A stretch of DNA of 61,023 nucleotides, filler included, from Sphacelaria rigidula (GCA_964200075.2; 10 parts of 10 records of this genome joined end to end with filler, not necessarily neighbours in it); one strand, 5' to 3'. Counted from the whole stretch's first letter, positions 36,851 through 50,815 are shown. A program made the numbers and translations. Notes: generated from the sequence alone by a model not told the origin.

Positions 36851-39218
36851 AGCGCGCGGGGAGGGAGGGGCTCCGAAAACAAAATATAAAGCTGGTAGAC
36901 GTTCCAGAAGTGAGACCTTCGAAGTTGAAGTTGAAGTGAGTGGTGGGAGATGGACACTGCCTCGGCCGTACGGATGGAGGACACGTTGGGGGATATCGGG
37001 CAAAAGTTGACCGCATGTCAGAGAGAAATCGACTACGACAATAAAAAGAAGGAAATGTCGGCTGAGTTGTTGTGGAGCTGCCTAGAGACCATCCCACACC
37101 CCAGTAGCGAGGGAGCTGGGGAAGATGGGGGTGAACCCAGTAAGTATCTGCGTGAATTCGGTCATACTCCTGCAGCTGCCTGCAGGTTTGCACTTAGAGG
37201 CGACTACTAAGAGAGCGCTTCTCAGCTGCATTTCGGCCCAAATGCAATATATTCAGTCATGGCCCTAACCAGCGGGGTGGGGAAGAAGTGTGTACCGTAT
37301 CGGAGCTGATAGATACGGTATCTTTCGGGCTACATGGCCGTCACCATGTCACCAGTCATTCACTGGAGGGTATTACGATTCGCAGAAAAAAATTGCAGCA
37401 GCAAAATAAAGACACGCTACGCATGGGGATACATTACTTGATGCCTAGCTTTCCAGGAAGCACATCAACATCCTTGCGTCGTTAGGAGCCCATAAAGGTG
37501 AGAGGCCACTGGGCGCACTTCTTGGAGGTTGTGCACAAGTAGGATTTGACGATATGATATACATGCAAACGGATCAATTAATTGATACAATTGATTCATT
37601 GGTTGTCGCACCTTAACTGTTCCCCCAGGAGTTATGATCCAACCGTGGTCATTATCCACACGATATACGTACCCGAGGTGAAGAAAAAAATGGAAACACT
37701 CGCTGAAAAAGTGAAGAAGGCAAAAAGATATAAAAGACAGGGTAGACGAAGGAAGGAGAAAAAAAAAAGAAAAAGGATTGGCACAGCCGATGTTCCCACT
37801 ATATCGCAATGTATCGACACCGACATGTATGTACTTTTACATCCATCCCGATAAATATTCGTGGTTGCACCTTCAGACGCCAGGTGAGGGGGTGACTCCG
37901 ATCGCACGCGAGATCGTAATACATGGACAAAGACCTACAGTACATCGAACTTCACAGCAGGTAAAGGCAAAACTGCCGACATCGGTCCTCTTTCACTACC
38001 GATACGATACGAAATATACTGTTACGATTTGATTTTATAAATTACTATATCGGTACGCGATACAAAACCCTGCTCATATGCGATTTGTATCTATGGTTCA
38101 ATTGTGCTGCTCATTTTCACGACTGGTTTGGGGACAAATATCCGAAAAATGAGACGGTCGCGTTTGGGGAACACGTGGCCGTGCGATTACGATACTTGTC
38201 GCGAGATAATGGTCGACTGCGCCTGGTTGTTATTTCCCCTGTTTTGATTAGCACGTGTAGGGAAGAAAACAAAACGTGAACCACACCCGTCGTGAACACA
38301 GACGTCCGATAGTTGCGTAACTGCCTATCTTTCCCAGAGGATGGGCAGGAACGTACGGGTAAAGCGGCCAGGAGGTTGCACGAGTGGATCAGATTTCGCT
38401 TAGCGAATGAATGATTTGCAACATACTGATTAGTTCTCCCTTCCGCCAAACGGTTGTTCGTACAAAAAACGGTCAAGATGCGAGGTTTCGATAAAACGCA
38501 CAGCGGGGGAACGAAAGAGAGAGGGGGGGGGGGGGAGACGGGGAGACAGACTGACAGGCAGAAAAGAGGCGATGGGGGCGTGAAAGCTACTTCGAGCTGT
38601 TCCCAGCGTGCTTAGTGGGAGGTATGTTTTCACTATAACGCCTGCCTACGTTAAAGAAACAAGAACTTGTTACAGAGGCCGTCGTGTGCTGGCAGAGGGC
38701 CTTCCGGCAACAGATGTTGAAAACTACCTGCATGTACACAAAATTGCAACCCATTCTGGGAACTTCCCTCGTACACCTGACAGTAGTACCGGACAACAAC
38801 AATTGAAGCGCGCCGGTCTAACTCCATACGCCACACATCAGTACGTAGCCTACATTTGTGGCCGAATCACGCTGGAACTGTAGTTGCACCCCCATCGTGA
38901 GCACCTGGAACGTATGGCGGCTGTTATTGCAGAGGGGATCCATAAAAGGATCACACTTGAACCAAAAATGCTTCCGACGCGCACACCTGACCTACATGTG
39001 CACTATTTTTCTATCTGTTCCGGCAATTCCCCTGGCAAACCTGACAGCACTACTATTATAGTACTGGACGACAGTTCAAGCGAGTTTGCTTTGCGCCATA
39101 ACTTCACGCGTAAGAAAGCAATGCAGTCGAAACGCGCAGGAACTGACAGCCAGGAGTAGCAGCTGATTCACACGGGATCTATGAAAAGCAAGACATCTCG
39201 AAAAACGCTTCAGCACAC

Positions 39219-39998
39219 CTGCAAAGTGCCCAGACCGAAGGCATACTTGCTGAGCGCCTTCAGTCTATCCAAGCTCAACTCCAGGCCTTGCTCGAACAAC
39301 AAGAAACTGATGCCCAGCTCTCCCAGGGTGTTCAGCTCGCCTAAATCTTGAATCACGTGGAAACCCGCAGGCCCTAACATGGCCCCCGTGCCTAGAAACC
39401 CAAGAACCGGGCTGATATCCATTTTGATACACGCGGGCACGACGGCGCAGGTGGCTGCAAGGAACACTAGAGCGTCCATGCCCAAAGCTGACAGTTCCGA
39501 CAGTTGCTCGACACCGGCCGACATCCTGAGGGCAGTGCTACTAATGGAAGTTGGGCCATGCCTACTGCTCGTGGAGTGGTAGTTGTTGGCGGTGGTGGGT
39601 CGATTGTGGGATCTCGCGTTATGGTATCCGTTATGGGATACAAGTAGGGACGGGCCGGTTGCTAAATGACGTCTTTTTGGCCCGGTTGCAATGCGTCTGA
39701 AACTGCCACCACCCCCACTGCGACTAAAAGAGCGACTTGTACTACCGCCGTCGCTGTCGCTGCCAACACTACCGCGTCTACCACCTGTAATGCCACCATC
39801 AAACAAGGTGCTTTGATCCCGCTGTTGCTGAAATCCTGCCCGAGATACCCCCCCCCGCCCTCCCCTTGTTGGCATACAGAAAGCTTCAACTCCCGCACCG
39901 CGCAAGAAGCTGAGGCAGTAACAGTACATGGCGCCTGCGGACAGCCCCAGTCGGCGCCGTCTCCATCTATCTCTAGGACCTTCTCCATCTTCTTTCAT
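39219..39998 (-). CDS. KEA3: KEA3-like K+/H+ antiporter (CPA2 family), first coding exon with plastid-type presequence; start codon uncertain
   Basis: LGMDALVFLAATCAVVP..SPVLGFLGTGAMLGP..LGELGISFLLFEQGLELSLDRLKALSKYAFGLGTLQ matches the KefB/KefC/KEA N-terminal TM region and is closest in wording to plant KEA3. Donor CAG|GTGTGC at 39219/39218. The upstream hydrophobic stretch ends GVEA-F and is followed by a Ser/Arg/Gly-rich transit peptide. Confidence 0.85.
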
Positions 39999-40873
39999 AC
40001 TTTCGCGAAACTGAAATGTAGAGGATCGTTGATGCCACTCTTGTTTCAGTCCTTGTCTAGATGATGGGGCAAACAAGAACAGTCAGAGACGACCCGCGCC
40101 GAGGTTGCGCCCACAACGACCACCGAATGGAAAATGGCCAAACAAGCTCCACGGGCGGCGGAATTGGTAACCCAACCGGTACTTTGCTGTCTGGGGCGTC
40201 CCGCAGTCGTACACCTGTGCATGTTATGTCTCGTTTTCAAGATACCATGTTGTCCCCCCCCCTCCTGTGGGTACAGCATTCCCGCGCGTGATGATGTTCT
40301 CTACTATGCATAAGATGGGGTATAAGACGTGAGATGAGGTGCTCCAGCGTCTTGAAGAGTTCACAACGTCTACTTGCACAACTACGCCGTGGAAGGTTCA
40401 CGACCAGTTTCACATGTCGAGAGGACTCTTTGCTCACGGTTTCATGGCCGCGAGACAGAACAGTATTTATTTCGTGTGCCGGGCACCACGAACCGATACA
40501 GAGGGCCATATGGTCTGACAAGTGAACCGAATCAACGAAAGCATGTATACCGTCCGTATATGATAGAGCGAGGTGGTTTTGCACCATTCAATTTCCTTTT
40601 ACTTCTATACGACTCCAAGGCACGAGTTGCGCGATCTACTCGCTGTCTACAAGTTACTGTATATCGACAGGACTAGTGAAATCCGAGCAAATACTGTCGT
40701 ACATAATGCGTCGCTCATCGTCTCGTTCAGGGAGATGCTGCTACTTGCCACCGACAGTATTTCTCGCATGCATACGAAGCATACCTTGTTCTAAATTAGG
40801 CCCTGCATTCGTGCAACTTTTCGATTCGCTATTCCTGTATCATTCGCGCCACCCACCACGTTGCTGAGAACTA

Positions 40874-41421
40874 TACTACTGGGCGCCTGAACTATTTTTT
40901 GTTCACAAAGGTTTTTTCTCGGGACTACTCTTCGATAAAACTCGAAAATGCCACGTAGCATCGGTAGATTTTGGTAAAATAAACAGATCGTCTTCACCCC
41001 CCCCCCAGTGCCCACGTAGGTGTTTGTTTTATCGGGGGATACGAGTAGATAACCCGTTTACCAGGAGGGTGTTATTGACCGTGAAGCACAGTTTTCGGCT
41101 TCAGTGCAATGAGTAGGTGTAATTCAAAGAAAAACATCTGTGCATTAATCACAAATACGATCGGGACAGGCTCGATCGACCGAAAATAACGGAGAGTCAG
41201 AATCTGGACTAAAACGTGTCAGGGCCCCCAATGACTGATCAGCCCATGGGTCAGTCACTCAATACGGAATATTAGTACAGATGTTTTTTTTTCTTGAAAT
41301 GTGGAGCGAATACAAGTATTTTCAAATGCCCAATGTGATAAGCGGCGGTGGGCGAAAGAGCCAAAGAAGATCGCCAATTACGAAGAAATTGCAACATTAA
41401 TAGTCCAGGCGCGCAGTACTG
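40874..41421. mobile_element. TA-flanked non-autonomous DNA transposon inserted in a local tandem duplication
   Basis: TIRs TACTACTGGGCGCCTGAACTATT and AATAGTCCAGGCGCGCAGTACTG, with TA on both sides. Removing it restores a repeat unit matching the empty copy at ~41460-41665. Confidence 0.7.
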
Positions 41422-41814
41422 TACAGTACGAAGTTCCACGCATCCTCTGAATATGCCGAGAAATCCGAGCAAAGACGTCGCTTGTTGTCTGGTTCTGAGC
41501 GACGCTACCATTTATTTGCTTCCCGCAGTATTTCTCGCATGCGTACGAAGCAGATAAACCGTAATAACCTTTCGATTCGTGATTCATCCATTTCTTCCGC
41601 CGCACCATCTACTACGTTCGTCGGAACTTCAGTACGAAGTTCCACGCTTCCTTTGATCACAATATGGCCTGCGGCGCCACAAAATACACCAGCAGCGACT
41701 GCATCAAGATCGCTTCACCGAGGCTGATGCGGCATCTGCGACTCCGACAAACCGTGCCTCATGCTCGTTCACTCCGCCATCATGCTCTCGAGGGCGACCG
41801 GGCCATTGAAAACC

Positions 41815-42330
41815 TTACACCGAAACACAGGACAGAAAAGGGGAACACAATGCCACCCCACTTGATGAAGAACCGCGAAGACTACAACAAGCATATACAG
41901 GTTGCCGACAGGCAGGGATTTACGAAAGCATCCACCACAGCCTTGAGTGTACAGTACATGCCTCGCCCCATGCCCTACAACAAAAAAAACTTCCTACATG
42001 TGAATGACACCAGAACACACGGCAGAATTCAAGGCAATGCCACCCTACACTAGCAAAGGAACCAAGGGAATGTACAAGGATTTAGGTTCCAGACAAGCAA
42101 GAAAGCACAAAACATTCACAACAACCCCCTTCTATTTACATACAGTACCTCTCAGGATAAAGCTACAAATGAAACTTCTACGACGAAACACGGGACAGAA
42201 GGGGACGCAATGCCACCCAACGTGAAGAAAAACCGAGGAAACACACCGCAATGAGCGCAAGTTCCGTCAAGCAAGGGAACATAAAATATTTACAGCGACC
42301 TTCCTTACACATACCTCGCCCCCTCCAGCG
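41815..42330. repeat. Degenerate ~185-bp tandem repeat (3 units)
   Basis: The anchor CAATGCCACCC recurs at ~41848, ~42035 and ~42208 with similar flanks. Confidence 0.65.
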
Positions 42331-44973
42331 CCCCCCAAAACCTCAGGTTAAAGTTACAAACAACAGTCAGCACGACAGATTTCATGATTCGGCTCTCAGC
42401 CCCGTTGTTCGACTACGAGTTCATCTCGCAATTCCATTACTCGCCCGAGCTTTAGCATGCCAGACTGTCCCCAACCCGCCTTCCCCCTAGGTATTTCCGG
42501 CCTGAACTTCTCGTACAATATCATGGTAAACATCGTCGTCTCCACTTGATGCTGGGGCACCGCCGCGGCTGACGTGTATTTCATGCCAGGCGAACGGGGG
42601 CGGGGGCGGGGGGGGGGGGGGGGCCGCCCGGTTAGGGGGGGGGGCAAACAAAACAGGCCCAGGGGGGCCAAGGGGGGGTTATCGGGCNNNNNNNNNNNNN
42701 NNNNNNNNNNNNNNNNNNNNNNNNNNNNNNNTTAATTAATTAANNNNNNNNNNNNNNNNNNNNNNNNNNNNNNNNNNNNNNNNNNNNACGGCCCAACTCG
42801 TCTGCGTCGATGAGATATTGCTTTTAGAGCTTAAATCCGTTCTTAGGGTGGCCCAGCTCGTACACACCATACAAGTTTGCATTTCGATGACCGAAATGTT
42901 GGGGTCCTAGGTGAAGAAACATTTTTGGGGAATTTCGGTGGTCTAATCCGATTATCTAACCCCCCCCTCAAAAAAATCTTCACCTAAAATCCCAACATGT
43001 CGATCATCAGGATCCAAATTTGAGTGGCGTATAGTAGTTGTCAATAGCTCCCAGTAGGTGAAGGAGTGGAAACATATTTCGAAGATTTGGTGTGGATACG
43101 AAGATTTTAATTCTCCGGGTTCTCATCCTCAACAAAAAATTAATCCCCAATTTGTAAACCCCGTTGTAACAGCAGTACGAGTGCACCAAACTCGTGGACT
43201 TGTTCAGGCCGAGGTGGTGATGGTGCCGTGACGAAATTTGGCTGATCATGTGCCGCTCTTGATTGGTCATGAGGTTCCTCTTTCTCGGCTTCGAGAAAGA
43301 TGTGACGCTCTCCGTGTCCCTGGAAATTTCCTGGAACCACGCATAGTTGGCTTCGGAAAAGCTCTTCGGGCGATCTGGAAACCCGCACACCCCCTCCGTG
43401 TCGGAAGCGATGCCCGCCGCTAGAAGACCATGGATACCCCTGAGCTGCCAGCCGACAAGACTATTGAGACCGAGCTGGCGGCCAGAGAGTCAACACCTTG
43501 TATTTTCATCCTCAAGCATTATATATTGTGTTGTCGTCTCATTTATTCTGGACGCCGGTGTACACGTTTCGGCTTATGTGGGCGCATCAGCCGGGGCCGC
43601 ACAGGAGGAAGACCAACACAGGAGTTTTCTTTCTTTGTATGTTTTTGGTTCTGCACTTTCCTTCTGCGGTAGTGTAATCCTTGGGCACTATTAATAGTCG
43701 CACATTTTCCATCTACATCGTAGCGCATATTTCCTTTAGGACTCAAAACGTGGCACGTCATCTCCGTCCGGCGAAGCACAACAGAGAGGTGCCGCAAGAC
43801 ACACAAATTTATCAACTAGTGTTTACCCAGGTACCCGTTGTTCAAGCATGAGCACAAGCCTGGCCCCGACGAAAAGTCCAACACAAGTTGCAACAAGTTG
43901 CAAGGTTCGCGCCGCTGCGCCCCATGGGATCTTCTTCATGCGCAACAACTACAGCAAGCGAAGACAAACGAGTAGCCGTACGCGAAGGACATTCATCACG
44001 ATACCGACACGGATACAGGAAACAAAAGAACTCTACGCACCGTACACATACCACCTCAAGAACCGTACGAACCACAAAAATGTACCAGTGGAGACAGACC
44101 AGTTGCGGAGCAACACGGTAAATTACCTCTCCTGGCGTAGTGAGCGGGTGTACCGTTCGAAGCAATACACACAACTTCAATGTAATAATAGTCAGAGCAT
44201 CTAAGGTATGCCGACGGTCAACGGCTAACAAACCGCACACCACTACTGCCCAGGCCAGCGATATACCCGCTGCGAAAACAACGGCCCAGACGTCTACATA
44301 TCCAGGTACTTACTACTACTAGGGATCCACACGCCAGTTGTCATGGCCCCCATACAGCATTTGGGCTCTAACTGCTCTCCCTGTTATCTAGATATTTCTG
44401 ACGCCAACCCCCGACCTACAACCCCGACTCACACCCCACTGTACACTGACGGTTGCGACATTTATAGTAGAACAACTCGCCACCTGCTACGCGTTACAGC
44501 TCGTTCCTCTTCATCCCTGCTGGCAGGCCTTACTAGGAGTGCAACGAGAACAATCCCGTTGTGTTGTCATACATCCCTGATAAAAGAAGCGACCATTTGT
44601 CATTGCCGATCGTCGCCCCCTCACTGACAACATCTGCTAGTACCTCTAGCCACACCTCCATGCTCCCCCTAGCCCGCGATTCACCACTAACAGCTACAGC
44701 TCATCTACGGGGCCCTTGGAACCTGCAAGGGGCACGAAACCCCTGGGAGTGGCGTCGGCGTACACTCGAAAGCTTCGTGCTACCCTGGTATCCCCCGTTT
44801 CGCGGTTGAAAATATTTTGCTAAGCTAGGGAGCCTCAGCAGACACTCTTGAGAACGAGAGGTTTGCCTCCGTCGCGCGTACTGCAGTAGTACAAGGTCTA
44901 ACCGACAAAAATCCCCATCATACCACCATTTTACGCTCTGCGTGCGTGCACAGAGGTGGGCAAGGTCAACCTT

Positions 44974-47900
44974 TTAACTGGACTGCTGCGCGTCGGTGTA
45001 GAGCTTCTTCTGCGTATCCCACTCCTTCTTCACGTTCTTGGCTTTCTTCTGCAAAGCGTGGAAATCGATCGTGCGAGTGTAAATCAACCACAGGAGTCGA
45101 GCGCGTATGCACATGAATAGTTTTACATGCAGTTGTGTCTCGCTCCTTCAGAGCTCGCGGCCGAGCGTCATGTACAAATAGTGTCATTCTCCAACAACTG
45201 GGTCGCAACCTGCGTGCACGGCCTTCGTTCTTCCCCGATTTGTTTTAATTGATATTGCACGGCCTCCTAGCCTCAAGCCACGCCGCAGAGACCAGACTTT
45301 TGGAAGAAGAAAAAAAAAAACATTTGTGTTATCACGCAGGACCGGTACTGGATCTATCTTGACGATATTTCCTTTACCCCCCTTCCCTTTCGTTTCCTTC
45401 ATCTTCTCTCTTTTTTCCTCGTCTTTTGTTTGCTTCCATCCCTTGGTTTTGCTTTTTCGTTTCCTCCTCGTCTCCTTTCTTCAGTTTACTGTGCTCTGTG
45501 TTTCAATAACATATTGTGCTCCCTTTTCGCAAGAGAATAATAATCCACCCCCAACATCCATCCTCTGACAATCTTTAATTAATTAATTCAACTAATCAAA
45601 TAATTATTATTGGAATTTATCTTTGTTGTATCGTCTCGTCAAGCTTATTTTCAGCGAGCATGTGGTTTTATTTCTTGTCGCCCTGGATAATTCCACATTG
45701 GAACCACGGATGCATTCCTACGGGGTCACTTCATGTGCAACAACCAATAAATCAATCAATACACGCGAGTGTCAACAGGGACGGGGAAACGTAACGTGGA
45801 GCCGCAGCAGAGTCACAGTTCCTGCCGTGGTGCGTTATCCTCCATCAAGTCCAACAAGACGCGTGACCAATGCTTAGGTAGGGGTTACACTTTTTTTAGT
45901 AAAAACGTTTCTCGGGGCTGCTCGGGGTGTTGGACGGATCATTTCGAGAATCAACCACACTTGTACTTGGAAAAGACTGAAAATGATGCCGATTCACGAA
46001 AAGGCCCCAGCGTGCAAACACCACGTTTCTGGGAGTCCGGTTCCCTGAGATTTTGATTGGCAGCAAGCCCCATATATTTCGGCTCCTCCAAAAAAGAGAC
46101 CCAGAAACAAAAACACTCCAACGCTTCCCATAGCATTGCTCGCCCGCGTATGCATACCCCCTATCGCTGTTGAATTAATCGAGGTCTTGCCTTGACGGCG
46201 GACTTACCTTGCTAAGCTCTTCTCCAGCGGCATCGTGAGTGGGTACACCGTCGTCGTCGAACTTTGAATACAACGACTTCCCGTCGTCACCCTGTTTCGA
46301 GCACCGCCGTTGCGGAAGGTGTCACGTTTCAAGGACAGCATGAATTGGTGCGAGTTGGTTGGAGTTTGGAGACGAATGTTGTAGGGTACCGCATCCCGAC
46401 ATAGCCGGGGGTTCCACGGAATCCCAAGTATTGGGTACCCAAGGGTAAATGGAGTACCCAAGGGTACATGGGGTACCGAGGTAGTCGGGGGCTCCACGGA
46501 ATCCCAAGTATTGAGTACCCAAGGGTAAATAAATGGAGTACTCAAGGGCACATGAAGTACCCAAGGGTACATGGGGTACCGACTGCCAAACGGATCACTT
46601 GTGTTCGTTGCAGTACTGAACAAAAAACCGTTTTTTTCTACTTTTTCGTGTGACCAGAAACATATAAACTTGCCCATGCTCGATTCATAAACCGACGTCT
46701 CTAGACTTCGACGACGACAACAACTGAATCCAAATCGACACTTGGCAACACCTCCACCTCACGGTAGAGCACGCTACTCTTCCATCAAAGACTCAAAGCG
46801 ATTGTCAGAAAAACGGTTGTGTCGAGCGTGGAATACAACGGAAACGCGGTAAAAAAAACATGCTCGGGACTCCCACTAAACAGCTCAGCCCGACCCTTCC
46901 CGGACAGCACAATAAATGCCATCACAAACAACAAGCGTCACGTTACAAGACCACACCAGACTGCTGCTCCGTATGTTGTCACTACTGGTGGAATACCCCG
47001 GTTTTTGCTCTCAAAGATTATTTGTAAGGTTGGTCAACACGTTTTATCAACTACACCGGCAGCTCAACGGTGGCGATGTCTTTACATCTCGGCAGAACGG
47101 CCAGTACAGTCAGTACAGGCAGTATACACAGGCGATAGCACAGTTGTAGTTGTACCTTCCCCAGCAGCACGAGCGAACTGCCACAGCTCTTCAATTACTC
47201 AACAGATTGCCGTCGAATCAGGCACGCCCCTGGCTGTTGGGCAAGGATAAGCCTGGGAGCTACTGCACGAGGGCTGGGGATTTGTGCGCATACCGTACGC
47301 CTTCCGACAACATCACGTTCACACAACATGCGTAACGTGTATTCCTTCGCGCGGAGAACACCAAGCCACACACCCCATACAGTAACTACTCAGCAGCACA
47401 GGATACACAATATACTGAAAGGTGGACATTTTGCAGCATCCGATGGCCGACTGGCCCTGTCTTGCATTTTCAGCCGGGAGTTAGGGATAGACCTGTATTG
47501 GGACACTTTCTACGAGAGCCCCCCCCCCCCCCCACAAAAAGTGGCTGGTTTGGGGGAGCAAAACCCATGCTTAAGTCGAAATGGAAAACGCCGGGCACAA
47601 CGAGCAGCTGGGAATTCCAATGCCTGGGTTTGTTTCCGCCCATGTCGCCCTTCTGAGGCGTTTCATGCAGCCTGAAACCAAGCAGTAGGCGCTGTTTGAC
47701 CATTTCCTTCGTGACAGTTTTGGGCTGTTTTATTTTTAGGGGGGGGGGGGAGGGGCTATCATGGAAACCGTCATTGTGATGGGAGAAACAACGTCGACAT
47801 GTAAAAGATCGTGGGCACGCATATCCCGCGCGTAACTACACAGTACAGTTATTCGTGTACAAGCCGCGGACCAACGGCATTGTCGTCTCTCATATTTACC

Positions 47901-48711
47901 ACTACAGCAGAGTACAGCACAGAAGTGTAGCGTACAGTAGCCACGATCGCTCAAGTGCAGTACATGATTGTGGTCAACACATATATTATGTTCGTTGCCG
48001 AAACAGCTCAACGGCGTGGCGTATTCGGTGGGGGGGGTGCACGCTACAGGTGGCGAGTGCGGCTATGGTTGTATGATGATTCGTTTCTTGGGCACGAAGA
48101 TTGCGGCAGAGTCCTCCGCCCCAAAATAGCTAGATGAGCAGGACGAACGCACCTCGACACACTCCTTGGCGCACCTTGGCACACACATACACATACAAAC
48201 ACAGGCAACTGGCATGGCATCGCAGCGATGCCGGGCTCGTCCTTCTCACCAACCCCTGCTTTCATCAGCGCCTATTTACAGCGCTGAGCCTTCGGTAGAC
48301 ACACGGCCTATCAAGCAATCCAACCAGCCCTCTCAACCATGTTAGGCTGAAAACCTATTGGTCAGAACTGAACCTTGAAAAACGAGAACAAAAAACTGTC
48401 GAACGCCCGGACGGTCAATAGTAGCGGCCACCTCCGTCAACAGCATTGTCATCCTCCAAAAATCGGTGGGACTGCCAGAGCTGCCAGTCGATCCCGCGGG
48501 GGGGGGCGCCAAACGATTCTTGACTGGCAGTCACAACCTACCAGGCGTTCAATGAATGGGTGCCGTCATATACTTGAATAATATATTTCGATTGTCACAC
48601 CTTCATAGACTTCAACCACTCCTCAGGCGGTATTTTCGATCGCCGCTCCTTTTCCGCTGCCTTCTCCGCGGCCTTTCTCTTCGCCACTTCCTTCGCCTCT
48701 GTGAGCCGTAC
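44974..48711 (-). CDS. CARS1: Cytosolic cysteinyl-tRNA synthetase, last three exons (eukaryotic C-terminal extension)
   Basis: Phase-0 exons 48711-48601 (VRLTEAKEVAKRKAAEKAAEKERRSKIPPEEWLKSMK), 46291-46208 (GDDGKSLYSKFDDDGVPTHDAAGEELSK) and 45048-44974 (KKAKNVKKEWDTQKKLYTDAQQSS*). KIPP..YSKFD..G.PTHD..G.ELSK..KK..Q.KLY is the eukaryotic CysRS tail. Confidence 0.9.
46405..46582. repeat. ~80-bp tandem duplication built from GTACCCAAGGGTA sub-repeats
   Basis: TCCACGGAATCCCAAGTATTG.GTACCCAAGGGTAAAT..GTACCCAAGGGTACATGGGGTACCGA occurs twice. Confidence 0.85.
47502..47772. mobile_element. MITE family A in a CysRS intron
   Basis: Same TIRs and body; ATTG near both ends. Further partial copies at 24452-24628, 30395-30463 and 54839-54911. 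Confidence 0.8.
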
Positions 48712-49289
48712 CTGCGCACGGTTCAGTGCAGCCAAATCGGTGCGCGCATGCGTACCGGGAGGACGGGGTGTACTCATGATCATGCTTGCCATAGTCATCN
48801 NNNNNNNNNNNNNNNNNNNNNNNNNNNNNNNNNNNNNNNNNNNTTAATTAATTAANNNNNNNNNNNNNNNNNNNNNNNNNNNNNNNNNNNNNNNNNNNNC
48901 ACCGACCAAACCTCCTACAATTTCCCTTATCTCGACTCTGTACACGAGTCACCCTACCCATCCGGGCGTCGGTCAAACCTGAGAGCGTGTCTTCAGACGT
49001 TTCGTTTCACCAAATGCGATGGGATTGCGATAGACAGTTGCGCCGCATAGGCACACGAACACCCGATATGCGCAGGCAAGAGCATACTGGTATATGACAT
49101 CAAGCTCGTCAACAGCTCCATCATGGGAGAGGACCCACGAGCCGACTGTCGTATGTCACCGTATGAGGGAGAAGTACTACTTGAAACGGCGCTAGATCCG
49201 CCCAAAAGCAAGACCGTCACCAAAATATCGAGACCCTTTGCAACCCGGGAGGTACAAGAGATGATGCACGATTAGACTACGCACAAAAA

Positions 49290-49365
49290 AGTGGTCATGT
49301 CGGGATTCGAACACGTGACCTTTGTAGTTGGAGGCTGTTGTATCAGTGCGACCAACGGGGCGCAG
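49290..49365 (-). mobile_element. Degenerate tRNA-derived (SINE head-like) sequence
   Basis: The minus strand has a B-box-like GTTCGAATCC about 40 nt after an A-box-like TGGTCGCACTGA. The stems do not pair, so it is not a functional tRNA. Confidence 0.4.
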
Positions 49366-49649
49366 CCGTGTCGCACGAAAAGTGCGACGCGATGCCCAAT
49401 TTGAGGGATTTGTGACCGAAACTTCACCAATATGTCCTTGACGCGAGTGCCCACAACCCACTGGTAGGTGCAGCCGTTTGTATCATTTTTTCACGAAGTT
49501 ACAGCATTTTTCCTGTTTTTGCTGAAACTTCAACTCATTCTATCTTCCTTTTTTTTTATGCACCTCTCATAGGGTTGCGCGGGTTGATGATAAAAGATGT
49601 CGTGTCGAAATGTCCACTCTTTATTCAAAGATCACTGTCAGCCGGCCCA

Positions 49650-49930
49650 GCTCGTAGTCATGTATGGCCATTTGACCGCGCATCCCTACAAAGCCGGCAT
49701 GGAGCACAACGAGTTTTTGCCGGACCACGCTCGCGATCAACAACTAAACGCCAGACGCCGTGATGTGATCGGCGAGTCACATAAAGGGTGAGCTGCACCC
49801 TGTCAACATTGTTCGGCCCGAACCGTACTGATTATCTTGCACGTGGATGACAGCCTCCAATGAGTTCCTTCATTTTCTGGTATCGCCACTTCCAGAGACA
49901 GCCACGGGTTACACACTGCCTCGTGCTCGT
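49650..49930 (-). mobile_element. Family R1 long copy
   Basis: Colinear with 28213-28500 along its length (..CATCCCTACAAAGCCGG..AAGGGTGA.CTGCA..TGATTATCTTGCA..GACAGCCT..TATCGCCAC..GAGACAG..TTACACACTG). Confidence 0.75.
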
Positions 49931-50055
49931 AGATGATCCGGATGGGATATAGTATGCTACGGCGTTCATTTGGGCACTCTTCACTATTGTTCATTCATCA
50001 GGCGCGGAGAACAAAAATGACATGTACCACGAAATAGTCATTCTCCAATCATTTT

Positions 50056-50232
50056 CACACCTTGGACAATGACAATAAATAGTTAATGGTTGCATTAGAC
50101 AGGAAATGTACTGCTCAAAGTGTAGGCCTATTGGGACTTTTGTCGGCCGAGAATAGTCGCAATAGGCCTATACTTGAAGCAACATATTTCTTGTCTAACG
50201 GCAACTATTGAACACATATCGTCCACGGTGTG
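50056..50232. mobile_element. MITE family B copy
   Basis: CACACCTTGGACAA..TCGTCCACGGTGTG hairpin. Confidence 0.75.
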
Positions 50233-50815
50233 ATCAGTCATCTCACGACGTGAAACATGCGACGGCACCTATCGATGTCCGCGAGCACTAATCTCCACCT
50301 ACAATATGCAGCATACCTGCACACTATGTGTGCTGGTTTTTTTTCAATCCTTTTCTACCGAACCCACGTTGTAGAGGTCGCCCACTTGTCGTTTTTTCTT
50401 TTTCTCTTCTGTCTTTATCTTTGTCGTTGTCTTTGTTTTCTCCTTTCCTTCCGGCTTTTTTTTTTTTTTCTCAGTATACTGGTCACTGTCTCCAGCAAGC
50501 GTTTCGATTTCGTTTTTTATTTTCTCTTTCATCGGGTTCGTCCGTCATGTCACGACGGCAGGATCCCTGGAGAACCGGTTAAGGGGCGATGATAAAAATA
50601 AACTGCTCACACCCTGGATAATGGCATAAGGCAACGTTGCCAAAAATTGTACTGCTCACAGTATAAAGTACATTGTCTACTGCAGTAGAAGCTGTAGTCG
50701 ATGCTGTACGCAGTACATCTTTTGTTTGGTTATATTTTAGTTATTGCGTTTCATCTTGTATTCAGGCTGGAGTCTCAGAAAAAAATGACGAGGACAACAA
50801 ATCTTAAAAAGAATA

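Noticed and set aside
36950..37139. Possible plus-strand first exon (MDTASAVRMEDTLGDIGQKLTACQRE..|gtaagt)
   Set aside because: It has a good donor and a protein-like sequence, but no recognisable family and no downstream exon was found.
45568..45582. TTAATTAATTAA as another linker
   Set aside because: It is not flanked by Ns and lies in natural AT-rich sequence.
49290..49365. Functional tRNA gene
   Set aside because: The acceptor and T stems do not pair; kept only as a SINE-head-like remnant.
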